DNA of 55,179 nt from a virus. Lineage: Duplodnaviria > Caudoviricetes. Where the stretch lies: positions 1 through 55,179 of the IMG/VR virus record IMGVR_UViG_3300046734_000050; one strand, 5' to 3'. The notes under the pieces were generated by a model. That model ran no database searches. It saw nothing but the letters and a program-made list of their open reading frames with translations, and was not told the DNA's origin. The translations under genes and the position numbers were made by a program. Position 1 is the first letter of the stretch; every line of letters starts with the position of its first letter. Below, piece by piece: positions 30,807-40,809 of the stretch.

Positions 30807-31041
30807 TCTTTACCTTCTTAAGTTGTTGTGCATATGCAGAGTTATACCCACGTAACCATTCCCTTGCTTGCATAGTGTTTGGATTATATGGATTCTCTGT
30901 CATAATTATTTTAGCATCTCCATTTGTTTTCACATATTGCTTACCCTTGAAGGCATTGAACCCTCTATCAAATTGTATTCTTAAGGGAGCATCATACTTA
31001 CTTAGATTTGGATTTCTCTTTCTCTTGACTCTCGATTGCAT
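30763..31041 (-). CDS. Hypothetical protein with Rmf-like motif
   Basis: FDRGFNAF...NPY...AREWLRGYNSA. Confidence 0.55.
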   Translation of the reverse strand: MQSRVKRKRNPNLSKYDAPLRIQFDRGFNAFKGKQYVKTNGDAKIIMTENPYNPNTMQAREWLRGYNSAYAQQLKKVKNVETRRRSEQIHER

Positions 31042-31252
31042 TTTCCTTACTCCTTTCAAAATATTTTATTAGTATATTTATTCTTCCATCAAGATGTTCT
31101 AATGCAGACATCTCTTTCTCAATAGTATCTATCACAGTTGCACGGTCTCTTGCACCAACGGGGTTGGTTAGCATAACCTCTACGTTAGCTATGTGTGCGT
31201 TCATCTGCCCTATCATCTTAGTTTTTATTGCGTTAATTATCATATCTCTCAT
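30998..31252 (-). CDS. Hypothetical protein
   Basis: 84 aa, ATGA-coupled, GGAG RBS. Confidence 0.75.
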   Translation of the reverse strand: MRDMIINAIKTKMIGQMNAHIANVEVMLTNPVGARDRATVIDTIEKEMSALEHLDGRINILIKYFERSKENAIESQEKEKSKSK

Positions 31253-31668
31253 GCTTCTGCTCCTTTAAATGCTTTTATAACATCAGATGAAAATAACTTC
31301 TGTAGATTAAGTAAGTACATTCTAGATGCTTTGTGGTCTCCACCTGAGACAGACTTCTTATAATCTAAGTTCTTTATTATCTTCTTTAAACTCTCTGTGT
31401 TAAATACCAATGTGCAAAAAGTATCTTCTCCTACACACAAATTATGAAACCAGTAGTCAGATTCAGTTGCATCTATTCCACTTGGTTTACCATAAGACTG
31501 ATACTCAATGGCAATGTTACCTGTACGTTGCCACATATCTCTTTCACTTTTAACTTCTATCTTTTTGTTTTGTAACATGTCTGCTACAAGTTGCTCTCTC
31601 ACTTGCCCATACTCTAGGTCAATATCAAACTTCTTTCTGTTCTCTTTACTTGGTGCTAGGTTTTCCAT
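31249..31668 (-). CDS. PD-(D/E)XK-like hypothetical protein
   Basis: KIEVKSERD...TGNIAIEY...GKPSGI...DYW. Confidence 0.65.
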   Translation of the reverse strand: MENLAPSKENRKKFDIDLEYGQVREQLVADMLQNKKIEVKSERDMWQRTGNIAIEYQSYGKPSGIDATESDYWFHNLCVGEDTFCTLVFNTESLKKIIKNLDYKKSVSGGDHKASRMYLLNLQKLFSSDVIKAFKGAEA

Positions 31669-31822
31669 GTGTAACTCCCTTTCTCTTAGGTTTAAGATGT
31701 AATAGTTCCCTTATGTGTAGCTTCCTACCTTTAAAGAACACGATTAAGTTTATAGTTGTGTTGATGGAAATGGCGATAAGTAACCACCATTGCCACCATA
31801 ATAACTCAGCAGAGTCTAACAT
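31646..31822 (-). CDS. Small membrane protein (not in ORF track)
   Basis: MLDSAELLWWQWWLLIAISINTTINLIVFFKGRK..., coupled to the RNR stop codon. Confidence 0.6.
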   Translation of the reverse strand: MLDSAELLWWQWWLLIAISINTTINLIVFFKGRKLHIRELLHLKPKRKGVTHGKPSTK

Positions 31823-33735
31823 TAATTAGATGTCAAGTCAACTACTTCACAGGCATCTGCTGTGCAAGCTAGTTCTCTACCACCTGATGTAGTGTCTTCC
31901 TTCTCATAGTCTGCTAACTTTGACCAATCAATTGACTCAGGCATCTCATGTGACAAGGCATAATACTTTGCTTCATCTATATCTTGATAAGGTGCTTGAG
32001 CATATGTATGGTCACTGAATGGTAAGAAGGATATACCTGATACTTCATCAAAGTTCTTATACACCCATGCTCCTACATCCATCCACTCATCTTCCTTAAC
32101 AGATACAGTAACAGAAGGCTTGTGCTCACACCAATGTCTTTGGAACATTAGCCAATACTCTAGCTGTTCAATAGCAGACATCTGTGTTCTAGTAACAGCA
32201 CCTTGAGGTGACTTCATTGGGAAACTGAACACAGTAGTGCTATCAGGTTTCATAACACAAGGCTCATTTGGTATACCACTCTCTTTCATAAACTGTGTGA
32301 GTGGGTCTTTGTTATCACCACGTACAGTTCTGATGTAGTAGTCGTTGTGTCTAGCATGAATACCTGAAGCACTGTCAACTAACTGACTGACTGTACCACT
32401 TGGCTTTACACAAGTGATAGCAGTTGACTGTGGTATACCTAACTCTTTAGCCATTTTCTTGTTAGTTTCTACTGCTACTTCTCTTAGTATAGAGAGAACT
32501 TCTTCTGTCCAGATATTATTATCTAGGATACCTGTTAGGGAAACTCCTAATAATCTTTCTTCTTCTGTATTATCCTTCCATATCTTACGTAAATATTTAA
32601 AGCTAGTAAGAGTAGATTGTAATGTGCCTAATATAGTAGCCATACGTACTTTCTCTGTTAGAGATGCTAAGTCATCCGTAGCTCTACATACTACTTCAGT
32701 TAGGTTACAGAACTGATATGGTCGTAATATGATTTCACTACAGGGATTACAACCAAACTCGTGTTCAATCTCACGTCTACCATTCTCAGATGCCTTAACT
32801 TTGGCTGCCTGTCTGTTGAAGATACCACGTTCACCTGACTTAGATTCATATAATGATGTCCACTCTCGCATGAATGTACCCATCTCAGGCTTACCTTTAA
32901 ATGCTACAGAGTTATTGGCTAGTGCCCTCTGCCCTTCATTCTCCCACCATTGACCTGACTTAGCGTGTCTCATTTGGTCATCACCTAAGTTGGATAGAGA
33001 TATAAGAGCAGACCTACGTACACCACCCACAACTACAACCTCACCTATCTTGCACATAAGGTCGTGGCACTCAATAGGAAATAGTCTTCTACCTTTAGCA
33101 CCTTCAAACTTCTGTATGCAGAATTGAAACAGCTCAACTAAAGGTGCAGGTCCTGATGCCCTACCACCAAATGTTTTTAGCCTAGCACCTGCAGGTCTTA
33201 CCTCAGATACATCCCATGTAGGAACTTGTCCTGCATATAATAAAGATATTAACTCTCGTAATGCACGTGCCCAACCGGGTCTGCTATCAGCTACTTTTAT
33301 TATTGTAGATGACTTCTCAAAATGCTCATTGACTACAGGTAGTTTGTCTACACTTTCTCTTTCAACAGAGAAACCTACACCCGTACCACACATTAAAATG
33401 TACATACATTCATCAAATGAACGTGGACTATCTACGGGTATGTAGCTACAGTTATAACCACCCACGTGACACCTGTCTAGAGCAGGTCCTGCAGTCATTA
33501 AGGCTCTCATGCTAGGCATCACACCTAAACTCATTATCTGCTCTGTAAGCTTATCTTTTAAAGCTTTAGTAATAGTGTACGAATAGTTCTTCTTAAGGTG
33601 GTCAGACATGTAATTAAAGTATCTGTCTACTGTCTCACCCCAATTCTCTCTCCTCTGTTCGTCTTCCTTCCATCTTGCATAGCGAGAGAGTGCTATAAAG
33701 TTTTGATAGTCGGTTGGTAAATAGTTTTGTATCAT
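31822..33735 (-). CDS. nrdJ: Class II (B12-dependent) ribonucleotide reductase
   Basis: GYNCSY, VVVGGVRRSALISL, GCNPCSEIIL, TCVKPSGTVSQL, C-terminal CTADAC; no NrdB gene present. Confidence 0.92.
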   Translation of the reverse strand: MIQNYLPTDYQNFIALSRYARWKEDEQRRENWGETVDRYFNYMSDHLKKNYSYTITKALKDKLTEQIMSLGVMPSMRALMTAGPALDRCHVGGYNCSYIPVDSPRSFDECMYILMCGTGVGFSVERESVDKLPVVNEHFEKSSTIIKVADSRPGWARALRELISLLYAGQVPTWDVSEVRPAGARLKTFGGRASGPAPLVELFQFCIQKFEGAKGRRLFPIECHDLMCKIGEVVVVGGVRRSALISLSNLGDDQMRHAKSGQWWENEGQRALANNSVAFKGKPEMGTFMREWTSLYESKSGERGIFNRQAAKVKASENGRREIEHEFGCNPCSEIILRPYQFCNLTEVVCRATDDLASLTEKVRMATILGTLQSTLTSFKYLRKIWKDNTEEERLLGVSLTGILDNNIWTEEVLSILREVAVETNKKMAKELGIPQSTAITCVKPSGTVSQLVDSASGIHARHNDYYIRTVRGDNKDPLTQFMKESGIPNEPCVMKPDSTTVFSFPMKSPQGAVTRTQMSAIEQLEYWLMFQRHWCEHKPSVTVSVKEDEWMDVGAWVYKNFDEVSGISFLPFSDHTYAQAPYQDIDEAKYYALSHEMPESIDWSKLADYEKEDTTSGGRELACTADACEVVDLTSN

Positions 33736-33903
33736 TTATATATCCTCGCTAACTAATTTCATATTGTTTATTCTTACTCCTTCTATTTCATGGAAGGCTT
33801 CTCTTATGTATTCTTCAATCTCGTCACTAACCACGCCATCAGCAGGTACAGCATACTCATCTGGGTCTATGGAAAGTGTCATCATTATCTTAACTTTTAT
33901 CAT
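33736..33903 (-). CDS. Small acidic hypothetical protein (not in ORF track)
   Basis: MIKVKIMMTLSIDPDEYAVPADG...SEDI; GAGG RBS; fills the gap. Confidence 0.65.
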   Translation of the reverse strand: MIKVKIMMTLSIDPDEYAVPADGVVSDEIEEYIREAFHEIEGVRINNMKLVSEDI

Positions 33904-34192
33904 CGTAGACCTCAATAAGTTTATTCAGATACCACTGTGCTTTTTTTAAATCCTCTACACCATTCTTATATCTGAATCTCCATAGGTATTTAACTATGTT
34001 ACCTTGTAAATAATAATCAAACCCATCAACTAACATAGCTTCTAAGGCATCGATGGTTTCAATACCCGCTTTGTTATAGTGTTTAGGACTATTAACCATA
34101 TCTTCTTCCATTTGCTTCTCCCTTTCTGCTCTGTAAGCCATGTATTCTAGATGTCTCATAGGCTTTTTATCATAGTCCGATGACGTTGTCAA
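33890..34192 (-). CDS. DUF3310 (SaV-like) protein
   Basis: DMVNSPKHYN...IETID...GNIVKYLWRFRYKNGVEDLKKAQWYL. Confidence 0.88.
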   Translation of the reverse strand: MTTSSDYDKKPMRHLEYMAYRAEREKQMEEDMVNSPKHYNKAGIETIDALEAMLVDGFDYYLQGNIVKYLWRFRYKNGVEDLKKAQWYLNKLIEVYDDKS

Positions 34193-34539
34193 TGCTTAGT
34201 TTCTCTTCCAAATGTAATATGTATTACATTGTCTTCTTCTTCTTTCTCTACCTTTGATGTAGGCTTGGATGGTATATCAAAAACATCCTCAATAGGTAGG
34301 TGTTTATTTGCTTCTTCTTCAACAGCGTCTCTAAACAATTTATTATGTTCCATCAGGGGAACAGTAGAACATATCTGCCTAGTTAAATTTAACATAGCTT
34401 CAAAGTCATCATCACTTAACGGGTTATCTTTTCCTACCATAATATTTAATGACACATCTCCTGTCCAGCCTTTAGAATCTAGGTGAGGTTTTATTTGTAT
34501 AACAAAGTCTTCATCGTCTAAGTATTTATCGCTAATCAT
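34189..34539 (-). CDS. Hypothetical protein
   Basis: 116 aa, coupled, GGAG RBS. Confidence 0.75.
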   Translation of the reverse strand: MISDKYLDDEDFVIQIKPHLDSKGWTGDVSLNIMVGKDNPLSDDDFEAMLNLTRQICSTVPLMEHNKLFRDAVEEEANKHLPIEDVFDIPSKPTSKVEKEEEDNVIHITFGRETKH

Positions 34540-34997
34540 TTTATTCTCCTTATTCTTTTTGCTACAAACTTAATCAGTTTAGGGTGTTTATTTTTACCTT
34601 TTTCTTTGAGCCAATCTTCAGGTATGATTCTATCATAATATCGGAATCCGTATTTAATACACCATTCTCCATATGTAGACTTTGCACCTTTACTTAATTT
34701 ACGTCTGCTGTTCTCAAACACAAATCTAATATCTAAATTAGGGTGTTGCTTTTTAATTGCTAAATGTTTCCTTCTGTCATTAGCTAGAAACCTACCCTTT
34801 GTTTCTATAATAACCCCGTTGCTTAATATAAAGTCAGGGGTATAAGTTCTGTAGGCTAGGTCTTCCCACTCTATCTTAATAGATTCGTAGTCATACTTAT
34901 GATTACGTTCCTCTAGATAGAGTGATACCTTATGCTCTAGCCCACTCCTATACCCATACTTATACGCAGCACGTGTTGCCTTGTGAGAAGGATACAC
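34536..34997 (-). CDS. Endonuclease I / Holliday junction resolvase (T7 gp3-like)
   Basis: YRSGLE...YTPDFIL...IETKGRF...DIRFVF. Confidence 0.92.
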   Translation of the reverse strand: MYPSHKATRAAYKYGYRSGLEHKVSLYLEERNHKYDYESIKIEWEDLAYRTYTPDFILSNGVIIETKGRFLANDRRKHLAIKKQHPNLDIRFVFENSRRKLSKGAKSTYGEWCIKYGFRYYDRIIPEDWLKEKGKNKHPKLIKFVAKRIRRIK

Positions 34998-35845
34998 TAT
35001 GCTACCTTAATATACTGAACCATCTTTGGTTCTCTTGCTGATGACTTCTGTGCAGGTAACTCTTTTAAAGTTTCCCAACATGTATATCTGAAGGCACAAA
35101 AGTTACAGTTCCTATTAAGGACTAGATTACCCGTAGGTTTACCTCTAAATGTTTCTTCCTCTGGCTCAAAGCACCTATCTAATTCTTTGGCATTAGCTTT
35201 CTCTATAGTCTTCTCGATGTCATCTAAGACACTAGTTGTATCCGCATTTTTAGCTGACACGTATTTGAACTGTCCATTAGACTTGTTCACTACCCACCAA
35301 CCGCCTATGTTTTTACCACTCGCTTTCGCATACCCAACGAGTTGACCTACATATCCAAAGCTATCACCTTTAGCTAGAGATTCAAAGGACTCAAACTTAT
35401 TTCTGTAAGACCAATCAGATGCTGATTTAATATCATCAACGCAATCGTCTAACACTAAGTCATAAGTTCCCTTTACATTGATACCATTCTTTAGAGGTAA
35501 CATAACTTCTTCACTGTCTTTATAATCTATCTTAGCCTCTTTCAGCAATGCTTTAAATACAGCTTCGACTATATCACCAATCATCATGGTCATCAAGAAG
35601 TTATTACCTCTTGGTAAAGCTTTATCAGGGTGATTCTTTTCAAACCAAAGCTGACAGGAAGGTTTACCTATGTTAGACATACGTAATTTAAAATCCTTCC
35701 TATCATTCTTTGAGCCGAACTGACGAACCATAGCTTCCTTTATATCGGATGCTACACCTTCAATAGTCTCCATAGACATCTGCTTCTTAGATGCAAGTAT
35801 ATCTTCTAGCAACTTGTATATCGCCAATTCAGCACGATGGTTCAT
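34997..35845 (-). CDS. PD-(D/E)XK (Cas4/RecB-like) exonuclease
   Basis: LRMSNIG..C, GTYDL...DDIKSAS, QLVGY, CNFCAFRYTCW. Confidence 0.8.
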   Translation of the reverse strand: MNHRAELAIYKLLEDILASKKQMSMETIEGVASDIKEAMVRQFGSKNDRKDFKLRMSNIGKPSCQLWFEKNHPDKALPRGNNFLMTMMIGDIVEAVFKALLKEAKIDYKDSEEVMLPLKNGINVKGTYDLVLDDCVDDIKSASDWSYRNKFESFESLAKGDSFGYVGQLVGYAKASGKNIGGWWVVNKSNGQFKYVSAKNADTTSVLDDIEKTIEKANAKELDRCFEPEEETFRGKPTGNLVLNRNCNFCAFRYTCWETLKELPAQKSSAREPKMVQYIKVA

Positions 35846-36756
35846 TAGCTTGCATCCACTTCTACAAAGTCTTCGACTATGTCTTTCATGGCATCATCCG
35901 CTTTACTACCTACGTTTGAATCCCACTCACTGACTATATACTGATTATAGTTTTGTATCCATGATATAAAATCGCCAAAGATAACTTGGTCTTCATCAGT
36001 AGTTTCAATAGTACTAGATACATCTAGAGTCGCTGTAGGTAAGTAAAAAGAGTTACCATTAGGTAGCTTACGTTCCTGAGTTTCTAATCCAATATGATGC
36101 TGTACAGGTAGCCTTCTTAAATCCGCTAACTTAGCGAAAGGTTTTCCTACATCTTTAAATGCATCACGATTATCTATCTCCCATATAAAAGGAGTTGTCT
36201 CAAAAGAAATGCTCTCACCTTTTTCGTTGTAAGGTTCTAGTAAATCTACTAAACCAAAGATAACACGTACCCTTTTAATCTGCTTGATTAAGTCTTGGGT
36301 TTCTGTAGGTAATGCCTTAAAGTCTTGTATATAACCTGCAGGTTTACCGCAGTTGAAGCCACCTTGATTATCTTTTAAGTCTAGGTTAAGTGAATCTGCC
36401 ATGACAGTCTTATGGTATATACCCATAGGCTCTCCCATCTTGGCGTTCATATTTTTAACAAACCTCTTATACATGTATCTCTGCATGAATGGTCTTATTC
36501 TAGCAGTCTTACTATAATAGGTTTCTCCATCAGGTATCTCAAGTTTGTAAGTACCACCTTCAACTACCTCTACGTTTACATTCTTGCCATTCATTTTGGT
36601 TTCACCCATGATTGGTGAATGGTTTATTCTGAAACGTGGTAACTGCTGAGACTTCTTTGTATCAGAGGACTTTGAACCCTCTCCTGCTATACCCATAGCC
36701 TTAGCCATTGCTTCGTAGTTATTGGTATCAATCGTTACTAAATTATTATTATCCAT
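35845..36756 (-). CDS. Putative ssDNA-binding / annealing protein
   Basis: 303 aa between polymerase and exonuclease; acidic C-terminus; function inferred from position. Confidence 0.5.
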   Translation of the reverse strand: MDNNNLVTIDTNNYEAMAKAMGIAGEGSKSSDTKKSQQLPRFRINHSPIMGETKMNGKNVNVEVVEGGTYKLEIPDGETYYSKTARIRPFMQRYMYKRFVKNMNAKMGEPMGIYHKTVMADSLNLDLKDNQGGFNCGKPAGYIQDFKALPTETQDLIKQIKRVRVIFGLVDLLEPYNEKGESISFETTPFIWEIDNRDAFKDVGKPFAKLADLRRLPVQHHIGLETQERKLPNGNSFYLPTATLDVSSTIETTDEDQVIFGDFISWIQNYNQYIVSEWDSNVGSKADDAMKDIVEDFVEVDAS

Positions 36757-36798
36757 ATGTATTGCTCCTTTCTGTGAGTCAAATGTTGTATAGTTATA

Positions 36799-38808
36799 TC
36801 AGCTAACATCTTTCGTGTCAAGCCAATTATCACCTATTTTTGCTTCAAGTAATAATGGTACATTGAACTCGATGCTAAACTGTTTCTCAATAATAGATTG
36901 GAGACTACTATTGAGTAGTTTGATAAGATATAATACTTGTGTTATCTCATCAGGGTGTATGTCAACAACTACAGAATCGTGTACTGAATTAACAATACAT
37001 GACTTATAATTAGCTAACAGGTTCTCCATGTGTATTAATACAATGGGAACTATGTCGGCAGTAGCAAAGCTTTGTACAGGATAGTTCTTTATCTGTGTAA
37101 AGAAGCTTACTGTGCCATTCATTCTTCTTTGAACATCAGGAAAAGAAAACTCTCTGCCTGATGGTGTGGATATCTTGCCTGTCTCTAGAGCTTCTTTAGC
37201 CAATCGGGAGTGCCAAGCTTTGATTCCTGTGTACTTCTTTGTAAAGTGTTCATAGTACTCCGCTTCAGCTTTACTTCTTCCAAAGCCTGTTGCTCCGTAG
37301 AGAGGTGCAAATGTGTGTGCTTTCGCATCCTGCCTAGAAGTCGGTTGACCCGCATCTGTAATAACTTTAGACGTATATGAGTGAACATCAAATCCAGTAG
37401 AGACTTCATTCATTGCCACCTTATCTTGTGATAGATATGCCGCAGCTCGAAACTCTAGCTGTGCAAAGTCAGCTTCAAGTATCTTGCCACCTTTCCAACG
37501 TGATACGAATACCTTCTTTACAGGAAACGTACCACCTCTAGGCATATTCTGCATATTAGGGTCTGCACCGCTGAATCTACCTGTGGCAGTTCTGTGTTGT
37601 AATAATCTCACATGAAGCTTACCATCAGTTTTAACGTGTGCCTTTATGCCCTCTACAAAAGAACTTAAGTATGAGTCTAGAGCCGACAAACGTTTAACAT
37701 CTGTCAAGAAGTTGACAGCGTCTGTCATGTTGTTACGTTTAGCCATGCTCTGTAGCATATCCAAGTTAGTCTTTGAAACACCAAAACCATTGGCAGATAC
37801 CCACTTAGAGTTTGGTGCTTTAAATTTTAGCCCTGCTACTAATCCAAGAGATTGAAGACTATAACCATAACCACCACAGTCAATGTGCTTAGTGGTATTT
37901 GCGTAAGGAGTTCCATTCTTTCTTACCTTTCTTATCTGCCCTGTGCCATTACAACCTCTGCATGATACAGCCTTTGTTTTAAATACTATGCTTGAGTTCT
38001 TAGATACAGTATCGTTGAAATGACTCTTGTCCATATAAGGAGTAAAGGCATTAGCCCACATAGTTTTATCGTGTGGTTTTCTGCTGTATATAACCCAAGA
38101 CATCTGCTCTGGACTATTTAGATTAATAGGAGTGTCACCCATAAGAGTTCGTATTTGAACCTGTAATCTCTTTTCTATCTCAAGCTTCTCTGTTTCAAAC
38201 TGAAGCCTAACTTCCTCTAGCTTCTCTTCATCTACAGCAAAGCCTGTATTATATATATGAGCTAGAGTGACACATACCCTATTAGTTAATACAACACACT
38301 CCATCAATGATGAATCTGTAGTCATCAATCTTTTTGATAGTTTCTCAGCTAACTGTTGTGTTGCATGTAAGTCTGCTGATAAGTACGAAGACAATTCATC
38401 AGGCGGTATCTCATCAACACCTATACCCTGTTTAAAATACTCCTTCAAAGTATCCTGCTTCTTTGTATCTAACTCATACCTTTCAGCACAAGCTTCTAGT
38501 GATAAGGGTTCTTTCTGTCCACGTTGCAAGACATACTCGCCTAGCATTGTGTCAAACACAGGACCATCATACTTGAAGCCACACTCCCATAGCCACATTA
38601 AATCGTATGCTATGTTGTGTCCTATTAATATAGTAGCTTCATCCAAGTGTGCTTGCACACCATCAAAATTATCTCTATATAAATATTCTTCTCCTTTATC
38701 TGTCAAGCATCCAACCATGACAAGTTTATTGTCAGGCTCAAATGGGTCTAGGTACATCTTGCCATCACGTTTAGTGACAGTATTTTCTACATCTAATGTA
38801 AGTTTCAT
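36799..38808 (-). CDS. polA: DNA polymerase family A with DnaJ-type zinc-finger insertion
   Basis: Exo motifs LDVE, GHNIAYD, YLSAD; motif A ADFAQLE; motif B AKAHTFAPLYG; motif C VHDS; CRGCNGTG...HIDCGGYG insert. Confidence 0.95.
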   Translation of the reverse strand: MKLTLDVENTVTKRDGKMYLDPFEPDNKLVMVGCLTDKGEEYLYRDNFDGVQAHLDEATILIGHNIAYDLMWLWECGFKYDGPVFDTMLGEYVLQRGQKEPLSLEACAERYELDTKKQDTLKEYFKQGIGVDEIPPDELSSYLSADLHATQQLAEKLSKRLMTTDSSLMECVVLTNRVCVTLAHIYNTGFAVDEEKLEEVRLQFETEKLEIEKRLQVQIRTLMGDTPINLNSPEQMSWVIYSRKPHDKTMWANAFTPYMDKSHFNDTVSKNSSIVFKTKAVSCRGCNGTGQIRKVRKNGTPYANTTKHIDCGGYGYSLQSLGLVAGLKFKAPNSKWVSANGFGVSKTNLDMLQSMAKRNNMTDAVNFLTDVKRLSALDSYLSSFVEGIKAHVKTDGKLHVRLLQHRTATGRFSGADPNMQNMPRGGTFPVKKVFVSRWKGGKILEADFAQLEFRAAAYLSQDKVAMNEVSTGFDVHSYTSKVITDAGQPTSRQDAKAHTFAPLYGATGFGRSKAEAEYYEHFTKKYTGIKAWHSRLAKEALETGKISTPSGREFSFPDVQRRMNGTVSFFTQIKNYPVQSFATADIVPIVLIHMENLLANYKSCIVNSVHDSVVVDIHPDEITQVLYLIKLLNSSLQSIIEKQFSIEFNVPLLLEAKIGDNWLDTKDVS

Positions 38809-38818
38809 ATCTACTCCT

Positions 38819-40042
38819 CTATGCTGTGAACCTTGCGATTCTATAATCAAGGTTACAATTAATCATACCATGCCATCCTGTTACTTTATTCTTTACAACA
38901 TTAATATGCCTTAAAGTTGACTGTTCGTCAACCCCTTCTACTTGAGCAGGTTGTCCTATCAGTATCATCAAGTCTGCTTCAGCGGCCTTACCTGTACGTG
39001 AGCCTTCCATCATAGCCTGATTAAGAACCTGTCTGCCTTCCGCTTCCGCAGACAACTGTGACATATAGAATACAGCACAGCCATATGTCTTTGCTATTTG
39101 TCTAGCATATATAGCATTAGCTTTTAACATCTCATCAGGTCTAGAGTAACTACCTGACCTAGCAAACTTATCTCCCATATCTAGAACTACTATGTCAGGT
39201 CTCTCTGTCTTACACATTGTCTCTACCCATGACATATCCTCACCACTAACATCTTTAATCTTTACGTTCTTGGTTACATCTTGGTAGATTGATTTAGCTT
39301 CTTGGATGTTAGCTTGAATCTTCTCCTTTGGAAAACCTGTAGATGCCTGTATATATCGGAAGGCAACTCTGTCATAAGACTCTTCATTGCAGAGGACTAC
39401 ACATTTAGCACCCTGTCTAGCCATACCATTAGGACCTACCAACATAGATGCATGAAAGGAAGTCTTGCCTGTGTTAGGTCGAGCACCTATCTCCACAAGG
39501 TAACCTGCATTTACACCTTCTACCTTACGTGCCATCTCAGGTATATTGAATGTCCACTTCATCTGTACAGATTGTTTAGCCATGATAGTATCAAAAGATA
39601 TATCATCCCATTCAATCTTTACTTCAGGTAAAAAGTTATCATTATACTTGTCAAGTAAATCACGTAATGGTCTAAGACTTTTCTCTGCACCATTCACATA
39701 ATCAAATCCTAGATTTGCTATGTCTTCACCAATGACCTGTTGAAATAACTTAGACAGCACATCCTGTGCCACATCAGTACCCATTGGTTGCTCACGTTTT
39801 ACTGTGTTAAACAGTGCACTATAACCTTGCTTCTGTGCTGTAGTCATCGATGGATTGTTTGCCATAAACAATGCTTCCACTTCATCAGGTGTTACATCTC
39901 TTTTATATTTATTCATAGCATAATCAATAGTATGCTTTAGCTTTCTTGCATCTTTACTGAACAGTCTATCAGGACACTTAGAGCCACGATGGTCTGTGTA
40001 AAAATCTTTGTTCATCAAGCTACGTAGTAGGGATAGTTCCAT
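38819..40042 (-). CDS. Replicative DNA helicase (DnaB/SF4)
   Basis: GARPNTGKT Walker A, VVLD, SQL, KAAEAD, VKNK. Confidence 0.9.
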   Translation of the reverse strand: MELSLLRSLMNKDFYTDHRGSKCPDRLFSKDARKLKHTIDYAMNKYKRDVTPDEVEALFMANNPSMTTAQKQGYSALFNTVKREQPMGTDVAQDVLSKLFQQVIGEDIANLGFDYVNGAEKSLRPLRDLLDKYNDNFLPEVKIEWDDISFDTIMAKQSVQMKWTFNIPEMARKVEGVNAGYLVEIGARPNTGKTSFHASMLVGPNGMARQGAKCVVLCNEESYDRVAFRYIQASTGFPKEKIQANIQEAKSIYQDVTKNVKIKDVSGEDMSWVETMCKTERPDIVVLDMGDKFARSGSYSRPDEMLKANAIYARQIAKTYGCAVFYMSQLSAEAEGRQVLNQAMMEGSRTGKAAEADLMILIGQPAQVEGVDEQSTLRHINVVKNKVTGWHGMINCNLDYRIARFTA

Positions 40043-40787
40043 ATTGGTTCTCCTTTGGGGTTAAGTTAATTAAATTTTCTATATCATCTTGCTTCTTGTA
40101 CTTCAAGTCATCTTGCAATCGTAGCACCTTAACATCATTTACATAAGCTCTCAATTCTTTTGCGAATGACATTGTCTTGGGTAATGCGTCAGGGTCTAAT
40201 GCTATAATTGCTGTTGAGAACTGCGAGAGATACCTCTTGTGAGATTCTGATAATGACGTACCCAATACTGCTACCCCAACATATACTTCACTATCTAGGA
40301 CTGAAGCACTCACGCAATCCTCAACAACTACTGCGACCTTACCATGTCCTGAGACAAAAGGCAAGTCACTTTTTCCATACCTTTTCCACTTAGGTATTCT
40401 TTTTCCTAATGACCTGCCATTGGCATCAACAACCCTGCCCTCATGTATGACAGGGAAAACAACTCTGTGTTCCTTGACATCATACATAAGCTTGTCATTA
40501 GGTATACCATAATAACTTTCTTTATCGTAAGGTACTATGTATTCAGGCATTACGAATGGTTCATTGTCTTTCTCTATATCCTGTCTGTGTTTTTTAATAT
40601 CACTAACAGATAACGATACACGTTTAGAACCTGACAACTGACAAGAAGACTTGTAACAGTTCCATAACATCTGACCCATGTTGTTGGTGACAGTAAAAGT
40701 TTTGTATCCATTACAAGATGGACAGTTAAGTCTTTTACTTTCTCCTATACTTAAATCTAAGTCATTAATGTACATATTAATATTCAT
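40020..40787 (-). CDS. DNA primase (Zn-binding plus TOPRIM)
   Basis: CPSC...WNCYKSSC zinc ribbon; VVEDCVSA; ALDPDA. Confidence 0.88.
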   Translation of the reverse strand: MNINMYINDLDLSIGESKRLNCPSCNGYKTFTVTNNMGQMLWNCYKSSCQLSGSKRVSLSVSDIKKHRQDIEKDNEPFVMPEYIVPYDKESYYGIPNDKLMYDVKEHRVVFPVIHEGRVVDANGRSLGKRIPKWKRYGKSDLPFVSGHGKVAVVVEDCVSASVLDSEVYVGVAVLGTSLSESHKRYLSQFSTAIIALDPDALPKTMSFAKELRAYVNDVKVLRLQDDLKYKKQDDIENLINLTPKENQYGTIPTT

Positions 40788-40809
40788 ATATCACTCTCCT
40801 TGTCGGCAT

